A stretch of DNA of 57,058 bases from a virus (lineage: Duplodnaviria; Caudoviricetes): positions 1-57,058 of IMG/VR virus record IMGVR_UViG_3300027679_000006; one strand, 5' to 3'. The position numbers and the translations under genes were made by a program. How positions within the stretch are numbered: the first letter of the stretch is position 1; each line of letters starts with the position of its first letter. Under the pieces are notes generated by a model that was not told where the DNA came from, did no database searches, and was given only the letters and a program-made list of their open reading frames with translations. Positions 56,878 to 57,058 of the stretch are shown here, piece after piece.

Positions 56878-56920
56878 TTGCTTCCTCCTTCCAAACTGCG
56901 GGACATCCCCGCTACTTCTC

Positions 56921-56953
56921 TACAATGCCATAGCCTCAAACCTACTATGGAGC
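56921..56953 (-). promoter_or_regulatory. cassette motif copy M
   Basis: GCTCCATAGTAGGTTT-GAGGCTA-TGGCATTGTA. Confidence 0.85.
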
Positions 56954-57031
56954 ACTCTATACATTATGTAATGTTCGCCAAAGAGCAATGCGCCGAGAAG
57001 CCCGTAGGCAACCCGACGCATACTCTTTATG

Positions 57032-57058
57032 CATGATGCATAACGCATAACACATTAG
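57032..57058. repeat. 7-bp tandem array, truncated by window end
   Basis: catgatg cataacg cataaca cattag. Confidence 0.7.

Noticed and set aside
45200-56953. CRISPR array interpretation of the 33-bp repeats
   Set aside because: Intervals are 559-1748 bp and contain SD-led genes; repeats have a variable 7-nt core; no cas operon in the window
45314-57058. Integron attC sites (heptads resemble the GTTRRRY core; some hairpins are flanked by AAC...GTT)
   Set aside because: Heptads are unidirectional tandem copies, most read GTTATG, stems lack the typical extrahelical bases, cassettes have their own promoters and no integrase is in the window; not excluded if an IntI-like gene lies elsewhere

Overview
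This is a segment of a tailed dsDNA phage genome with a long non-contractile tail (siphovirus-like); the host is not determined. 1-2.6 kb holds small genes, a ParB-N protein and a lysis pair (holin-like protein plus C39-type peptidase). 2.7-34.8 kb (mostly minus strand) is the virion module: a 2207-aa tail-tip/fibre fusion with a C-terminal intramolecular chaperone, a giant 5545-aa tape measure protein carrying an internal HEXXH motif, G/GT-type tail chaperones with a -1 slippery site, major tail protein, neck proteins, major capsid and protease-scaffold. An inverted 3-gene insert interrupts this module. 35-44.6 kb (plus strand) holds a portal fused to a HAD phosphatase, then HNH, HTH, SSAP, PD-(D/E)XK nuclease, initiator, DnaC-like ATPase, RusA, SSB and thioredoxin genes. 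44.7-57.06 kb (minus strand, running past the window end) is the most unusual part: an array of at least 13 self-contained expression cassettes with about 30 small genes. Each cassette begins with the same bipartite 33-bp motif (GCTCCATAGTAGGTTT-N7-TGGCATWRT), usually followed by a leader hairpin and a Shine-Dalgarno site. Cassettes are separated by UUCG-type hairpins and in-register 7-bp (GTTATGN)n arrays. The array contains paralogous cargo genes and a candidate structured ncRNA. By my manual read it lacks GGCC, CCGG and CCWGG sites, which are common in the rest of the window. No terminase, integrase, tRNA or CRISPR was seen. All family calls are motif recognition by eye, not database hits.
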